The notes: generated by a model not told the origin, from the sequence alone. A stretch of 64,000 nt of DNA from an uncultured Chlamydiae bacterium (GCA_963713615.1 CAVQMM010000001.1:1568001-1632000); one strand, 5' to 3'; shown: positions 1 to 9,926, counted from the stretch's first letter. Program-made: numbers and translations.

Positions 1-128
1 AAGATGATGAGAGTGATCCTGCAAATCATGCCGCGAAGCGATCCTGCATATCTTGTTAAATATGGGTGAGCTTCTATCCCTAAAGGTATCGTGCCTACTC
101 GCCCTATTATATTACAGGCTGTTCAGAG

Positions 129-410
129 TTAAGAGGGCTGAAGTTTGAGCGAACAGCTTTCTTCCAAGATGTCAGCTAAAGAATCGCATTGCCCTTCAAA
201 ATCGCCTTTCAAATTCGTTAGAGGAGAATTCAGGGGTGGTAATCTCTTTTTTTCTCTAAGATAATTGATGAGCGTTCTGAGAAATCTGAGCTCCAATTCA
301 AAGAGGATATCAGGAACTGCGATCTCATAAGGGAGTCGAAAAATAACTGAGGTCAAATTGCCATCTTCGATATCGATAAGAATGTTAGCATCGCTAATGA
401 CTAAAAGCAT
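129..410 (-). pseudogene. Truncated PIN-domain (DUF3368-like) gene fused in frame to a cobQ C-terminal fragment
   Basis: N-terminus LLVISDANILID...PDILFELE is PIN-like; the remainder is the cobQ tail; overlaps the stop of the upstream HTH-IrrE gene. Confidence 0.7.
135..279. repeat. Direct-repeat copy of the cobQ 3' end (matches 57945-58089)
   Basis: 145-bp alignment to 57945-58089 with 3 mismatches by eye; encodes RTLIN(Y/H)LREKKRLP...SLKLQP. Confidence 0.95.
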
Positions 411-1461
411 GTGACTTTTGCACCTGACGAAGAGCTTTTAATTGAGTAAGAGAACAGGACAACAGTTCTGCGGCTTTTGGTTCCCCAATATATTCTTCAC
501 CGAGGGCATGAAACAGCATTTGGTTAAAGGCACGATCTTTTTCTGAAGGAATTTCTATCCCCGGCTCTTTGCGATGCCATCCCTTCTGTCGAAAACGAAT
601 GATGAGGCTTTTGTAGTAGGATTCTTGAATGATTGCCAAATCTTTAAGACGATAGCAAATCGCTCCCATGCTCAATTGAAACTGTTCTTTGAGAAGAAGA
701 AGTTCCTGCCATTCAATAGCTCGACGCTCTTTTCCCACCACTTGAAACACAGCTTCACGCGGAAATAGAAAAGCACCTGCAAATCGATTGCAAGCCTGCT
801 CTTCATCTAATTTGGAAGAAAGACGATTAATAAAAATATAGTGAGCGAGTTCGTGAGCTAGATTGAAACGTTGTCGATCGCCAGGCCATCTGGAGCTAAT
901 CACTATAATTGGTTGATCATTGATGACAGTAGAAAGACCGTCAAAATGCTCTTCATCAGTGTTAATAATAAACACTCTTATGCCATGACTTTCTAAAGCA
1001 TCAATAAGATCGTGAATAGGAGCTAAACCCAGTTTCCAATGATTACGGAGCATTTCAGCAATTGACTCTATCTCTTCAAGACTATTAACTATCTGAGGAA
1101 AATCAGCTGGAAGTTTAAATGTCGGTAAAGGAGAAACCGGATAAAGATTCTCTAATTCTAAACGACGCTCGATTTGACTGATTACTTCAAATTTAATTGC
1201 TTCTTCAACTTTTCCATTCATTTTTTTTCGTTTTCGAAACTTTACACTTTCAAGGGAGACTTTGATTGGACGAAAAAAGAAATCAACACAAACTTTCAAT
1301 GCTCTCGCTAATTTTATGAGCATGTCCGAAGAGGGGTAAACATCTCCATCTTCATATTTTTTAATAGCGGCATGCCTCAAATGCACGAGATCAGCAAGTG
1401 CGCGTAAGCTTAAACCAGCAGCTTTTCTCGCTTGTTGGAGTCGAATGCCTAGGTTACTCAT
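394..1461 (-). CDS. XRE-family HTH regulator fused to ImmA/IrrE (DUF955) metallopeptidase
   Basis: N-terminal HTH (RLQQARKAAGLSLRALAD); RQRFNLAHELAH HExxH motif; NRFAGAFL. Confidence 0.9.
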   Translation of the reverse strand: MSNLGIRLQQARKAAGLSLRALADLVHLRHAAIKKYEDGDVYPSSDMLIKLARALKVCVDFFFRPIKVSLESVKFRKRKKMNGKVEEAIKFEVISQIERRLELENLYPVSPLPTFKLPADFPQIVNSLEEIESIAEMLRNHWKLGLAPIHDLIDALESHGIRVFIINTDEEHFDGLSTVINDQPIIVISSRWPGDRQRFNLAHELAHYIFINRLSSKLDEEQACNRFAGAFLFPREAVFQVVGKERRAIEWQELLLLKEQFQLSMGAICYRLKDLAIIQESYYKSLIIRFRQKGWHRKEPGIEIPSEKDRAFNQMLFHALGEEYIGEPKAAELLSCSLTQLKALRQVQKSHAFSH

Positions 1462-1589
1462 ATAGGTGCCTAAATTTATAGATTTCCTTTACAGTTTACA
1501 TTACAACAAAAAATACATATTTTGTAAACCAGACACCTTTGCAACCCTTCAAACAGGAGAATTTCCCTATGAACGTCTTTGAGAGATTG

Positions 1590-2134
1590 ACTGTCCGATC
1601 TTTTCCTGGAACCCCTTCCCCTGTTGCCAGCAGACGTTCCGTTTCAAGACGAGAATAGGTGTTTCCCTCCAAACGACTGGAATTCCAAGATAGATCAATC
1701 AAAAGTCGCTGATAAATGTTTCTGGCAGATGTTCCTGCGGGACGCCCCCTTTCTGATCCAGATCCTAACTTTAATAATTTTTCAAGAATCGCCTGCGATA
1801 AGTAGAATGTGTCAAATGATCATGCAGAATGACCCACTTGGCGGTCACCAAGTGGGTCATTCTGCATGATCATTTGACAGAATGTTCTATTTGGCTCATA
1901 CGAATCTAAAATTCCCTTCGATAGCTTACGTGTCGTCGCAATTGAATTGGAGTAGATATGAGTCTACGCAATTCCTCTCCCTCTTCTGAGAGCGGAATTC
2001 TAAAGGTAGCTTGTGGTACCTCAACACTTTCTAATGCTGGCTGTTCTAAATTTTTGTTGAGATAATATTTACTATTTCTACCTGCACCATCAAGTCTTAA
2101 TACCCCTGATTTAACAAGAATGGATAGCCTATAC
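1590..2134 (-). pseudogene. Fic-family protein remnant (frameshifted, MITE-interrupted, truncated)
   Basis: Removing the 70-bp MITE plus one TSD and correcting a 1-bp frameshift near 1909 gives EFLDSYEPNRTFYLSQ...PAGTSARNIYQRLLIDLSWNSSRLEGNTYS, typical of HTH-Fic proteins. Confidence 0.75.
1810..1879. mobile_element. 70-bp perfect-hairpin MITE (32-bp arms, 6-bp loop), copy 1
   Basis: TGTCAAATGATCATGCAGAATGACCCACTTGG-CGGTCA-reverse complement; 5-bp TSD GAATG at 1805-1809 and 1880-1884. Confidence 0.9.
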
Positions 2135-3205
2135 CAGGGAAATTGCATGAAGAAATGATTTGACTATTTTTCAAATTGTTGCGACTACTTCTCCTTTTCA
2201 TCAGGGAGATGTATAATGTCACAACAACATGCAGTCAGAGAAACTTCTATCATGCTCGCGTTTTCAATCCTACCAGATCCTCGTAAGGCAAGAAACCAGG
2301 CCTACAGTGTCTCCGAGATCGTATCGATCGCCATCCTCGCTATACTTTGCGGGGCTGATGATTGGGTAGAGGTTAGCTTATGGTCTGAGTCTAATCTTGA
2401 ATGGTTACACGAGCTTCAAATGTGTTCTGATGGTGTCCCTTCGCATGACACTTTCTCGCGCTTTTTCCGCTTTGTCAACCCACAGGCGTTTGAGCGGTGT
2501 TTTATTAACTGGACTCAGCATATTGCCAAAACGATAGGTGGCATCATCGCTTTGGACGGCAAAACCTTATGCAACTCTTCCGATACGACAAATGATGTAA
2601 GAGCCATTCATATCGTGAGTGCATTTTCAGCGGAAAATCAACTTGTTCTAGGGCAGCTTGCAACAGAGCTAAAATCCAATGAAATCACTGCTTTTCCCTT
2701 GCTTCTTGCCATGCTCGATATTAGGGGTGCTACAATTACAGTGGATGCCGGAGGATGTCATAGGCCACTTGTTAAGCAGATCGTGGAGCAAGGAGGAGAC
2801 TACGTGATAGGTCTAAAAGGGAATCAAGGACATCTACATGCTGAGGCTCAAAACTTTTTTGAGCAAGTGGTTGAAGGTCTACCGGAAGCCAGTGGTTGTG
2901 ACTTTTTTGTGAGCGAAGAAAAGTCGCGAGGACGAGTTGAGAAACGAGAAGTTTGGGTATGTGAAGATCTTGAGTGGCTACCACAAAAAACAGAATGGAC
3001 AGGTTTAAGGAGTCTTGCCGCAGTTAGGAGTACAAGAACAATTAAGGGTGTAACTTCAACAGAAACACGGTTTTACATATCCAGCCTCTCGTCCGATGCG
3101 AGGAAAATGGCCCATGCGATACGCTCTCATTGGACAATTGAGAACCAGTTGCACTGGCAGCTAGATGTATCCTATGCAGAGGATGGATGCAAAGTAAGAA
3201 AAGAT

Positions 3206-3410
3206 TGTACGGCGACAGCGATGATGGCACCTCGGCGACACGCAGTTGGCACCTTCCATCACCGCCCGGCGTCAGCGAGTTGGCACCTTCCATCACCGAC
3301 TGACGACAACCTCCTGGCACCTCCTCCATCACCGACCCGCGACACGCGGTTGGCACCTCCCATCACCGCCCGACGACAGTCGGTTGGCACCTAAAAACAG
3401 GCCAGAATCA
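3206..3410. repeat. IS21 left long inverted repeat with six GGCACC-core subrepeats
   Basis: Reverse complement of 6265-6469 with 1 mismatch; TTGGCACCTTCCATCACCG-like units at about 33-35 bp spacing. Confidence 0.92.
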
Positions 3411-3497
3411 CCCGGGCCCAGATCCTTCTCGTCTGAAGTCCTTCCAGCCCGGTCCATACCCGCAGGGCGAGTATGGACCATCTGTTCTAACTTCTTC

Positions 3498-3866
3498 TCA
3501 GATCACTGGATCGTCTCCGATAGTCTTTCTAGTGCTACCCTCCAGAGCCTCCAAGTCTTCCTCCAATTTTGCATGAAAGGCATAGATCTGTTCCAGATAT
3601 TCTGCAACAAGTTCTCTAAAACGTCTACGTAGATCTTCCTCCAAGCCAGCTACTAGGGCCAATAGCTGAAAAATCCCTTCTCGCACCTCTAAAGATGGGG
3701 CCACATAAGTCCTGTCTCCACTTAGGGCGTTTTCTATTGAGCTATCGGCTCTACGCTCAAGCTCAGCCACCGCATTTCGTAAATCCTCAACCAAAGCCCT
3801 ACTGAGAAGTATTTCTGAATGATGTTTCATGTTTACCTCGAATCTTGTATTTCTTGATTCATGCAA
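3498..3866 (-). CDS. Hypothetical helical protein carried inside IS21, downstream of istB
   Basis: 122-aa ORF overlapping the istB end, within the IRs; amphipathic helix pattern. Confidence 0.55.
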   Translation of the reverse strand: MHESRNTRFEVNMKHHSEILLSRALVEDLRNAVAELERRADSSIENALSGDRTYVAPSLEVREGIFQLLALVAGLEEDLRRRFRELVAEYLEQIYAFHAKLEEDLEALEGSTRKTIGDDPVI

Positions 3867-4657
3867 GTACTCAATGTTTTCGCCCGATCCTGGTCGGTCA
3901 CACTGGCTCTTGCTTTAGCTGACAAGCTGTTCCTGCGATAACTTTCGCCGTTGATCTGGATAATTTGAGCGTCATGTACCAGCCTGTCTATTGCGGCCAC
4001 CGCCATAGCTTTATCTTGAAATATGTTGGTCCATTCACTGAATGGCTGATTACATGTTATGATCAGGCTCTTTCGCTCATATCGCTCTGAGATCAGCTCA
4101 AAGAGAACATTTGTTTCCATGAGATCCTTGTTGGCATAGCCAAAATCGTCTAAAATCAAACAATCATATTTATCCAGCTTTGCTAGCGTTGTCGGTAGCG
4201 TCAGGGCCTGTTTTGAGGCTTGAAGCCTTTGAATGAGCTCGGTGGTACGCATGAACAAAACACGGAACTTGTGCTCTAAGAGTCCCGCTCCAATTGCAGC
4301 TGCCAGATGTGTTTTACCAACTCCTGAGGGGCCAAAAATCAGAATGTTTCTGCCCTCGCGTAGCCAGTTCCCACCTGAGGCTAATGTACAAATCAACGTC
4401 TTATTGAGCGATGTCACTTTGAAGTCGAAGTCTGTAAGTGTTTTACCTAGGGGCAGGCAGGATTCCTTCAGGTGCCTGATCATACGACGATCCGTTCTTC
4501 CTGTTAATTCGTGTTCACACAAGACTTTCAGGCATTTGGCGCTTCCCCACCCTTCAAGGTCCGCTTGATGACTCATTTCTTCCCACAAAGCGGCCATTGT
4601 TGGCAGGCGAAGCTGCTTGAGTAGTATCGGTAGTACTGCTTCTTCTTTTGTAACCAT
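3833..4657 (-). CDS. istB: IS21 helper ATPase IstB
   Basis: LKQLRLP start, Walker A GPSGVGKTH, LILDDFGY, AAIDRLVH, GESYR. Confidence 0.95.
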   Translation of the reverse strand: MVTKEEAVLPILLKQLRLPTMAALWEEMSHQADLEGWGSAKCLKVLCEHELTGRTDRRMIRHLKESCLPLGKTLTDFDFKVTSLNKTLICTLASGGNWLREGRNILIFGPSGVGKTHLAAAIGAGLLEHKFRVLFMRTTELIQRLQASKQALTLPTTLAKLDKYDCLILDDFGYANKDLMETNVLFELISERYERKSLIITCNQPFSEWTNIFQDKAMAVAAIDRLVHDAQIIQINGESYRRNSLSAKARASVTDQDRAKTLSTCMNQEIQDSR

Positions 4658-4673
4658 GAATCTTCTCCTAAAT

Positions 4674-6170
4674 TTATAATGTGGCGTGCTTTAACAGCTC
4701 GTCGTATGAGCCAAGATCGTGTTGTTCAATCTCTACCAGAGGGACAACGTGCTTCGCTTCCTTAAAGTGTTGCTGTAGCTCTTCAAAGCTTGGTATGCGT
4801 TGCTCGTTTAGTGCCTTTCGAAGCTCGGCTGCAATTTGTTGCTGGTGACCGTCTGCAGCCAGCTTTAAGATCCTCACCATTTCCTTACATGCCATACGCT
4901 CATCAAGCCGCGCATCCAGTAACACCCAAGCCTGGCGAAATTCATCGCTGGGAAATAAATCATCTCTAAAGATGTAGTGTCGAAACGCTTGAGGCTTGCG
5001 GACAAGCTCAGGAATGACATGGCGATAGTCGATGTTTCTTGGGCGAGGACCCGTCTTGCTCCAACGTAATCGCGGAAAAGTAATGATATGAGAGGCTGCA
5101 TGAAAACACTCTAATCGGTCGTCATGAACGTGTACCGTTAACGTATGACCTATCAAGCGCGAAGGCACTGCATAATATGCCTGTCGTACGGTTATGATGC
5201 CCGTGGTAGGAACACCGACGTTTTCTATATCGTGACTGCCTACCTTATGTTTTGGGAGAGGCTTTAGGTGCTTTCGTTCTTCAGCTACTTCAGCCTGACG
5301 TCGCGAATTGTCACTTTTAACAATTTCATCGACAAAGTTTCGATACTCTTGCAGTGAGGAAAAGTCTCTAGAACCCCTCAGGCGCAGCTTTTGATCGATT
5401 TTATTTTTAAGATGTCTGTGCGAACTTTCAATACTGCCATTTTCATGCTTTACTCCTTTATTGTTTCGCGTGGGCTTTACATCATAGTGTGCGCACATTT
5501 CATTGTACGCGTTTGTAAGGTCCTCTCTTGCTGATTCATTTAGATTTTTATATGCCGCTGAAAGACTATCGGTACGATGGGTTTCAGGTACCCCACCTAG
5601 CTCCCATAACGCATTTTGAAAACCTGCAGAGAGAGCTACATGGGACTCTCCTCCCAGAATGACAAAGGCATATGCCCAGCCGCTGAATGGAACCCTGAAA
5701 TGATACAGCAAATGAGGAAGCGAAGTACCCTCTATTGTTACATGCAGTTCATCGCAGTTGGTAAAGTCAGAAATGCCCTGAAAACCGGGAGGGTGGTTTT
5801 GCCGAAAGATCCGTTCCTTCTCCCTTCCATGGAGTGCTTTCCATTGCCGAACCCTTCTTTGTAGGGTTCTAAGTAGGCTGTCGGGATATTCCTGTGGATA
5901 GCGTTCCTGGAGATCCCGCATTAAGGTAATGGGCGTTAGGAACGGATCTCTTTCCAACAGGGGAACGAACTCGGTCCTCCAGACTTTCGCGAAGGGGTCT
6001 GATGAAGATCCAGATTTGGAGCGATACTCCTTGATATGAGTGCCTTTCTCGAAGCGCTTAGCGCTTCGCGTACTAATACCCGCTTTGGCAGCGGCAGTGG
6101 CCTGCATGCTGCCACCGTTTCTAATTTGCATATACAACCTCAATTGTTCTTTCGTAATTCTATTTGACAT
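4674..6170 (-). CDS. istA: IS21 transposase IstA
   Basis: LRTLQRRVR, GISDFT, HRTDSLSAA, HENGSIE (DDE) motifs; adjacent istB. Confidence 0.95.
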   Translation of the reverse strand: MSNRITKEQLRLYMQIRNGGSMQATAAAKAGISTRSAKRFEKGTHIKEYRSKSGSSSDPFAKVWRTEFVPLLERDPFLTPITLMRDLQERYPQEYPDSLLRTLQRRVRQWKALHGREKERIFRQNHPPGFQGISDFTNCDELHVTIEGTSLPHLLYHFRVPFSGWAYAFVILGGESHVALSAGFQNALWELGGVPETHRTDSLSAAYKNLNESAREDLTNAYNEMCAHYDVKPTRNNKGVKHENGSIESSHRHLKNKIDQKLRLRGSRDFSSLQEYRNFVDEIVKSDNSRRQAEVAEERKHLKPLPKHKVGSHDIENVGVPTTGIITVRQAYYAVPSRLIGHTLTVHVHDDRLECFHAASHIITFPRLRWSKTGPRPRNIDYRHVIPELVRKPQAFRHYIFRDDLFPSDEFRQAWVLLDARLDERMACKEMVRILKLAADGHQQQIAAELRKALNEQRIPSFEELQQHFKEAKHVVPLVEIEQHDLGSYDELLKHATL

Positions 6171-6264
6171 CCTAACTCTCGCTTAAGTTTGGGGACGTCA
6201 GCATTCTAAATGCTCTCTTGCAAGCTCCCAAGAAAGGACTGAAAGATTTGAGGGATTGGGCCGT

Positions 6265-6469
6265 TGATTCTGGCCTGTTTTTAGGTGCCAACCGACTGTC
6301 GTCGGGCGGTGATGGGAGGTGCCAACCGCGTGTCGCGGGTCGGTGATGGAGGAGGTGCCAGGAGGTTGTCGTCAGTCGGTGATGGAAGGTGCCAACTCGC
6401 TGACGCCGGGCGGTGATGGAAGGTGCCAACTGCGTGTCGCCGAGGTGCCATCATCACTGTCGCCGTACA
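6265..6469. repeat. IS21 right long inverted repeat
   Basis: Reverse complement of 3206-3410. Confidence 0.92.
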
Positions 6470-7021
6470 AAAAGATAATGGGGCGGAAAATTTTTCCGTG
6501 CTTCGACGGGCCACGCTAAATATTTTAAAGGCAGATAAAAAGACAAAGGCAGGGATTAAAAATCGCCGTTCGAAAGCAGGGTGGAACCGTGGCTACTTAT
6601 TGGGGTTGCTTGGCGTAAACTAAATTCTTCATGCAATTTCCCTGAGTAGGATATCGATTAATAATTGAGTTCGATCTTTCATTTTCCAATAAACTTAAAC
6701 AAATAATGGATATAGTGAGTAAATATGACGATCATTATTGCTTCGATCGCAGATTCTATAATTATATCGGCACTGATTTTTTGTCCAAAAAACATGCTCT
6801 TATGGGCCCTCCCTTCAGGAAGAAAATGGCTTCAGGAGTGAGTACTATCTGCTCTGGGGAAACAAAATGCCGTTTTAATTATGGTGGATTGCGCGCAAAA
6901 AAAATATTTAAATCCATCGCGGAAATATAGACAATCACTGATTATTTGCATAACCATTACAATTTCAACGATCTTATATTAATTTTATCAAATGAATTAT
7001 CCATTAGTCCCGCTCTAATCG

Positions 7022-8455
7022 TTATATCAGAAGGTGGCTGAAATCGATGACTTTATCGAAGTAATTCTCTTCTAAAACGCTGTCTTCCACGCCGTTCACA
7101 TGAATCAAAACCGGCCTGATTGAAAAGTGCCTAGGAACTTTCAACCGTTTTCTCTTTTCTTCCATTTCTTCAAGGATTTTTTTCCCGATCTTATCTTTTT
7201 TAAACTTGACCTCGCATAAATAGAGGGTATGGAAACGGGTTTGAATCATATAGTCGAGTTGGCATCCCGGCTGTTTTGTTGTCGGGCTTTGAAAAAAAGG
7301 CCCATCCATAACTACCATCTCAGCCGAAACATTCAGCATCTCCCAAAGAGTCTTATAGTTATGCGTAACAAGGTTTTCAAACTGCAATCCCATGACCACT
7401 TCCCAGTTGGGAAAATTATTTAGCATCGACTCCGGCACTTTCCCTTGTTCAATTTTGACTTGGTTTGGGCCAATGTATTTCAGATAGAAGCGCAAATAAT
7501 TATCGCTCAAACGATAACGACTCAACTTCCCATATTTTCCGCTCTTCAGGTCCCATGTAAAATCCCTTCTTACAAAACCAGCCTTCACCAATTCATCCAG
7601 ATACTGGCTGTATAAACCTCCTTGGCTTTTGCCAAGCTCTTTGCAAATTTGAGTAAGCTCTTTAGGCCCACTGGCAAGGCAGGTTACGAGTTCTTTATGG
7701 CTTCCTTTGCGGCGGGAAAAAAGATCTGAGAATATTTCATCGAATTCCCGTACAAGCAGGCCTCCCTTTGCAAAACAGAGCTCTCGAATATTCTGTTCCG
7801 CAGATAGATCTGGCTTGATCCGCTCCAAATAGAATGGCACTCCTCCGGTTACAGACAAAACTTTGAATTTTTCATAGGCTGTTATGCGTGTTTCTTTAGG
7901 ATGCCAGAATGCATTGCATGATTGAAGAGGCAGTTCGTCGAGAACCATATCGATCATGATTCTTCCAAGGAATCCCGTATTGCTGAGAATATTCTTTTCG
8001 ATCCAAGAAGAAATCGACCCGCAAAGAGCAAAAATCAAATGAGGATTCTTGCTGAAATACATATCCCAAGCAGTTTTTAAATGGCCTAAAAATTCAGAGT
8101 CTTTTCCGCCCATCCAGGAAATTTCATCAAACACAATAAGCACCCGCCCTTTTTGGGTGTGCTTGGAAAGATGCCAGAGGATATTCCCCCAATCGTCCGG
8201 CTGGATCCCGGGAATCCCGTTTCTTTCGAGCTGCTTCACAAAGACATCGCGCTGCGATTGCGCTGTTGTTTTACGGGCTGGCGGATTTCCAGAAAAGAAC
8301 AAGCTCTTTACTTCCTTGCCGAATTCGGCCAGCAGCCTGCTTTTCCCGATTCTTCTTCTCCCTCGCACTACAATGAGGCTCGCGCTTCTAGTGCTCAATA
8401 AGCCTTTGAGCCTTGCCATTTCGGCTTCGCGACCGATGAATTGAGCTGTTTTCAT
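7022..8455 (-). CDS. Archaeal-type AAA ATPase with wHTH and C-terminal PD-(D/E)xK-like domain (DUF234 type)
   Basis: FIGRE, GRRRIGKS, IVFDE, GGVPFYL, DNYLRFY, QLDY...LCEVK; ATG at 8455 preceded by GGAGAA (ORF track starts at 8503). Confidence 0.85.
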   Translation of the reverse strand: MKTAQFIGREAEMARLKGLLSTRSASLIVVRGRRRIGKSRLLAEFGKEVKSLFFSGNPPARKTTAQSQRDVFVKQLERNGIPGIQPDDWGNILWHLSKHTQKGRVLIVFDEISWMGGKDSEFLGHLKTAWDMYFSKNPHLIFALCGSISSWIEKNILSNTGFLGRIMIDMVLDELPLQSCNAFWHPKETRITAYEKFKVLSVTGGVPFYLERIKPDLSAEQNIRELCFAKGGLLVREFDEIFSDLFSRRKGSHKELVTCLASGPKELTQICKELGKSQGGLYSQYLDELVKAGFVRRDFTWDLKSGKYGKLSRYRLSDNYLRFYLKYIGPNQVKIEQGKVPESMLNNFPNWEVVMGLQFENLVTHNYKTLWEMLNVSAEMVVMDGPFFQSPTTKQPGCQLDYMIQTRFHTLYLCEVKFKKDKIGKKILEEMEEKRKRLKVPRHFSIRPVLIHVNGVEDSVLEENYFDKVIDFSHLLI

Positions 8456-8838
8456 GGAATTCTCCCGAATTTTAGTCACATTATATATTTTTTTGGATAA
8501 CAAATCAATCTACAAATGGTAAAAATGTCGATTTGCAGATGTTTTTTTGGATTCAAAAACACGGCAACAAACGGCATATTTTGCTTTTTGCGGATGAATT
8601 TTTTCCTTTCGAAATTAATCTGTAAATCTGCAAAATCACCTTTTGCGGATGATTCTTCTGTGAATTCCAAGTGTTTGAGAGAATCATTCGAATAGAATCG
8701 CCAGCAACCTGGAAAAACAGAACATCTATACATAACCCAAATTTTCGGATGCTAAATTTGCTACCTACCTAAAAATTCCTTGGGGTTCCTAGCTTGGATG
8801 AGTTTCATAATCTTTTTGGTGAATCCCTAGCTCCTAAT

Positions 8839-8998
8839 GGCCTTGTTCACCTTTACGGTCAGAATTTCGGTCGGACGAAAAAGGTCGGATGTCGTGGTTT
8901 GTGACGAGGGCATAGCGCCAGCTATGTCCGAGGAGCAAAACGCGACAGACGATCCTTTTGCAGTCGACCGAAAACTGACCGCAAAGGTGAATAAGGCC
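8839..8998. mobile_element. 160-bp palindromic MITE with GGCC ends
   Basis: 24-bp terminal IR GGCCTT(G/A)TTCACCTTT(A/G)CGGTCAG; whole element folds as an imperfect hairpin; 8-bp TSD CTCCTAAT (8831-8838; 8999-9006). Confidence 0.88.
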
Positions 8999-9240
8999 CT
9001 CCTAATCTTATGAAATATATTAAGTCCCGAGGCATATTCAATGAAGCAAGGTTTGGCGTAAAGGTGGCGACCTTTTGTCATGAAAATCAAATGACAGTCA
9101 AATAAGAAAATGGGGTCATAAGAAGGATTTACCTAGAGCACGGATTCATTCCGAGATCGATAGCATCTTCACCCATCAAATAGAAAAGTCGCTAGAATGC
9201 TCTGCCCAAAAGGGAACATACTTCATGTATCTTTTACCCG

Positions 9241-9310
9241 TGTCAAATGATCATGCAGAATGACCCACTTGGCGGTCACCAAGTGGGTCATTCTGCATGA
9301 TCATTTGACA
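9241..9310. mobile_element. 70-bp perfect-hairpin MITE, copy 2
   Basis: Identical to 1810-1879; no directly abutting TSD. Confidence 0.88.
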
Positions 9311-9926
9311 GCGCACCCGAAATTCGCTCACGCTTAGAAAATGGTTCATGTGGCCTGCGTATGGCAGATGGTAGCGTGTTAACGGACTTTAAGGTACGCG
9401 AAGCAAAGCCTGGTGAATGGAATGTTTTTATCGCAATTGCTGAAAGGCGCTTCGCTCAAAGTCAAAACAAAGCATTGCCAGATCATGCTGTCAAAGATGA
9501 GACAGATACAATCGCTAGCCGGAATCAAATCACGTCTGTAGCAACAAGCGTAGCAATTACAACACCTTCACCAGGCTCTATTAGTGACAACAGATAGCAA
9601 AACCTACAGACAAGGGATTAATAAGTCCGACCGTACGTCCTTAAAAAACTATGGCGCTGGCGCGCCACAGCTTTTCAATGTTTTTTAAGTTTCTCCTCAG
9701 CATCATGATGTTTAAATTTTGATTGATATTAGAAGTTCAATCGTAGATACTCTCTCAGTATGAATCTCGAGAATCTCCTCTCTGCATTTCCAGCCGAGGT
9801 ACGTGAATCAGCCTCCATGAAAGGTTTGGTAGTTCTAAGTAGGATTGATTGTGTCCCTCCCGTGAGCGTGCGTGAAAAAAATATTCCGCCGTGGCATGAT
9901 ACCCCTCATTAACGTGGGAGGGTATC

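Larger units (their letters stand above)
3206..6469 (-). mobile_element. IS21-family element with 205-bp terminal inverted repeats
   Basis: TGT...ACA ends; 7-bp TSD AAAAGAT (3199-3205; 6470-6476); istA-istB pair. Confidence 0.95.
2216..6623 (+). pseudogene. ISAs1 transposase split by IS21 (2216-3205 + 6477-6623)
   Basis: PSHDTF, ALDGKT, KSNEI, TVDA, LKGNQ, RSHWTIENQLHWQLDV motifs; excising IS21 restores KVRKD|NGAENFSVLRRATLN. Confidence 0.92.
2135..6644 (+). mobile_element. ISAs1-family element, copy 1, interrupted by IS21
   Basis: 20-bp perfect terminal IR CAGGGAAATTGCATGAAGAA (2135-2154; 6625-6644); no TSD visible. Confidence 0.92.

Noticed and set aside
2216..3394. 392-aa ORF as an intact ISAs1 transposase with a Pro-rich tail
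   Set aside because: The tail is read-through into the IS21 inverted repeat; the true C-terminus is at 6477-6623.
3206..3410. Repeat-spacer pattern resembling a mini CRISPR array (also 6265-6469)
   Set aside because: Units are short and degenerate, spacers are only 14-16 bp and similar to each other, the array is mirrored at both IS21 ends, and there are no cas genes; these are transposase-binding repeats.
6645..6690. Possible original Fic N-terminus (MKDRTQLLIDIL, minus strand) beyond ISAs1
   Set aside because: Plausible if an IS-adjacent deletion occurred, but too short to support and there is no TSD.
9084..9597. Gene interrupted by MITE copy 2
   Set aside because: Removing 70 bp opens a longer frame, but it has no clear start or recognisable motif.
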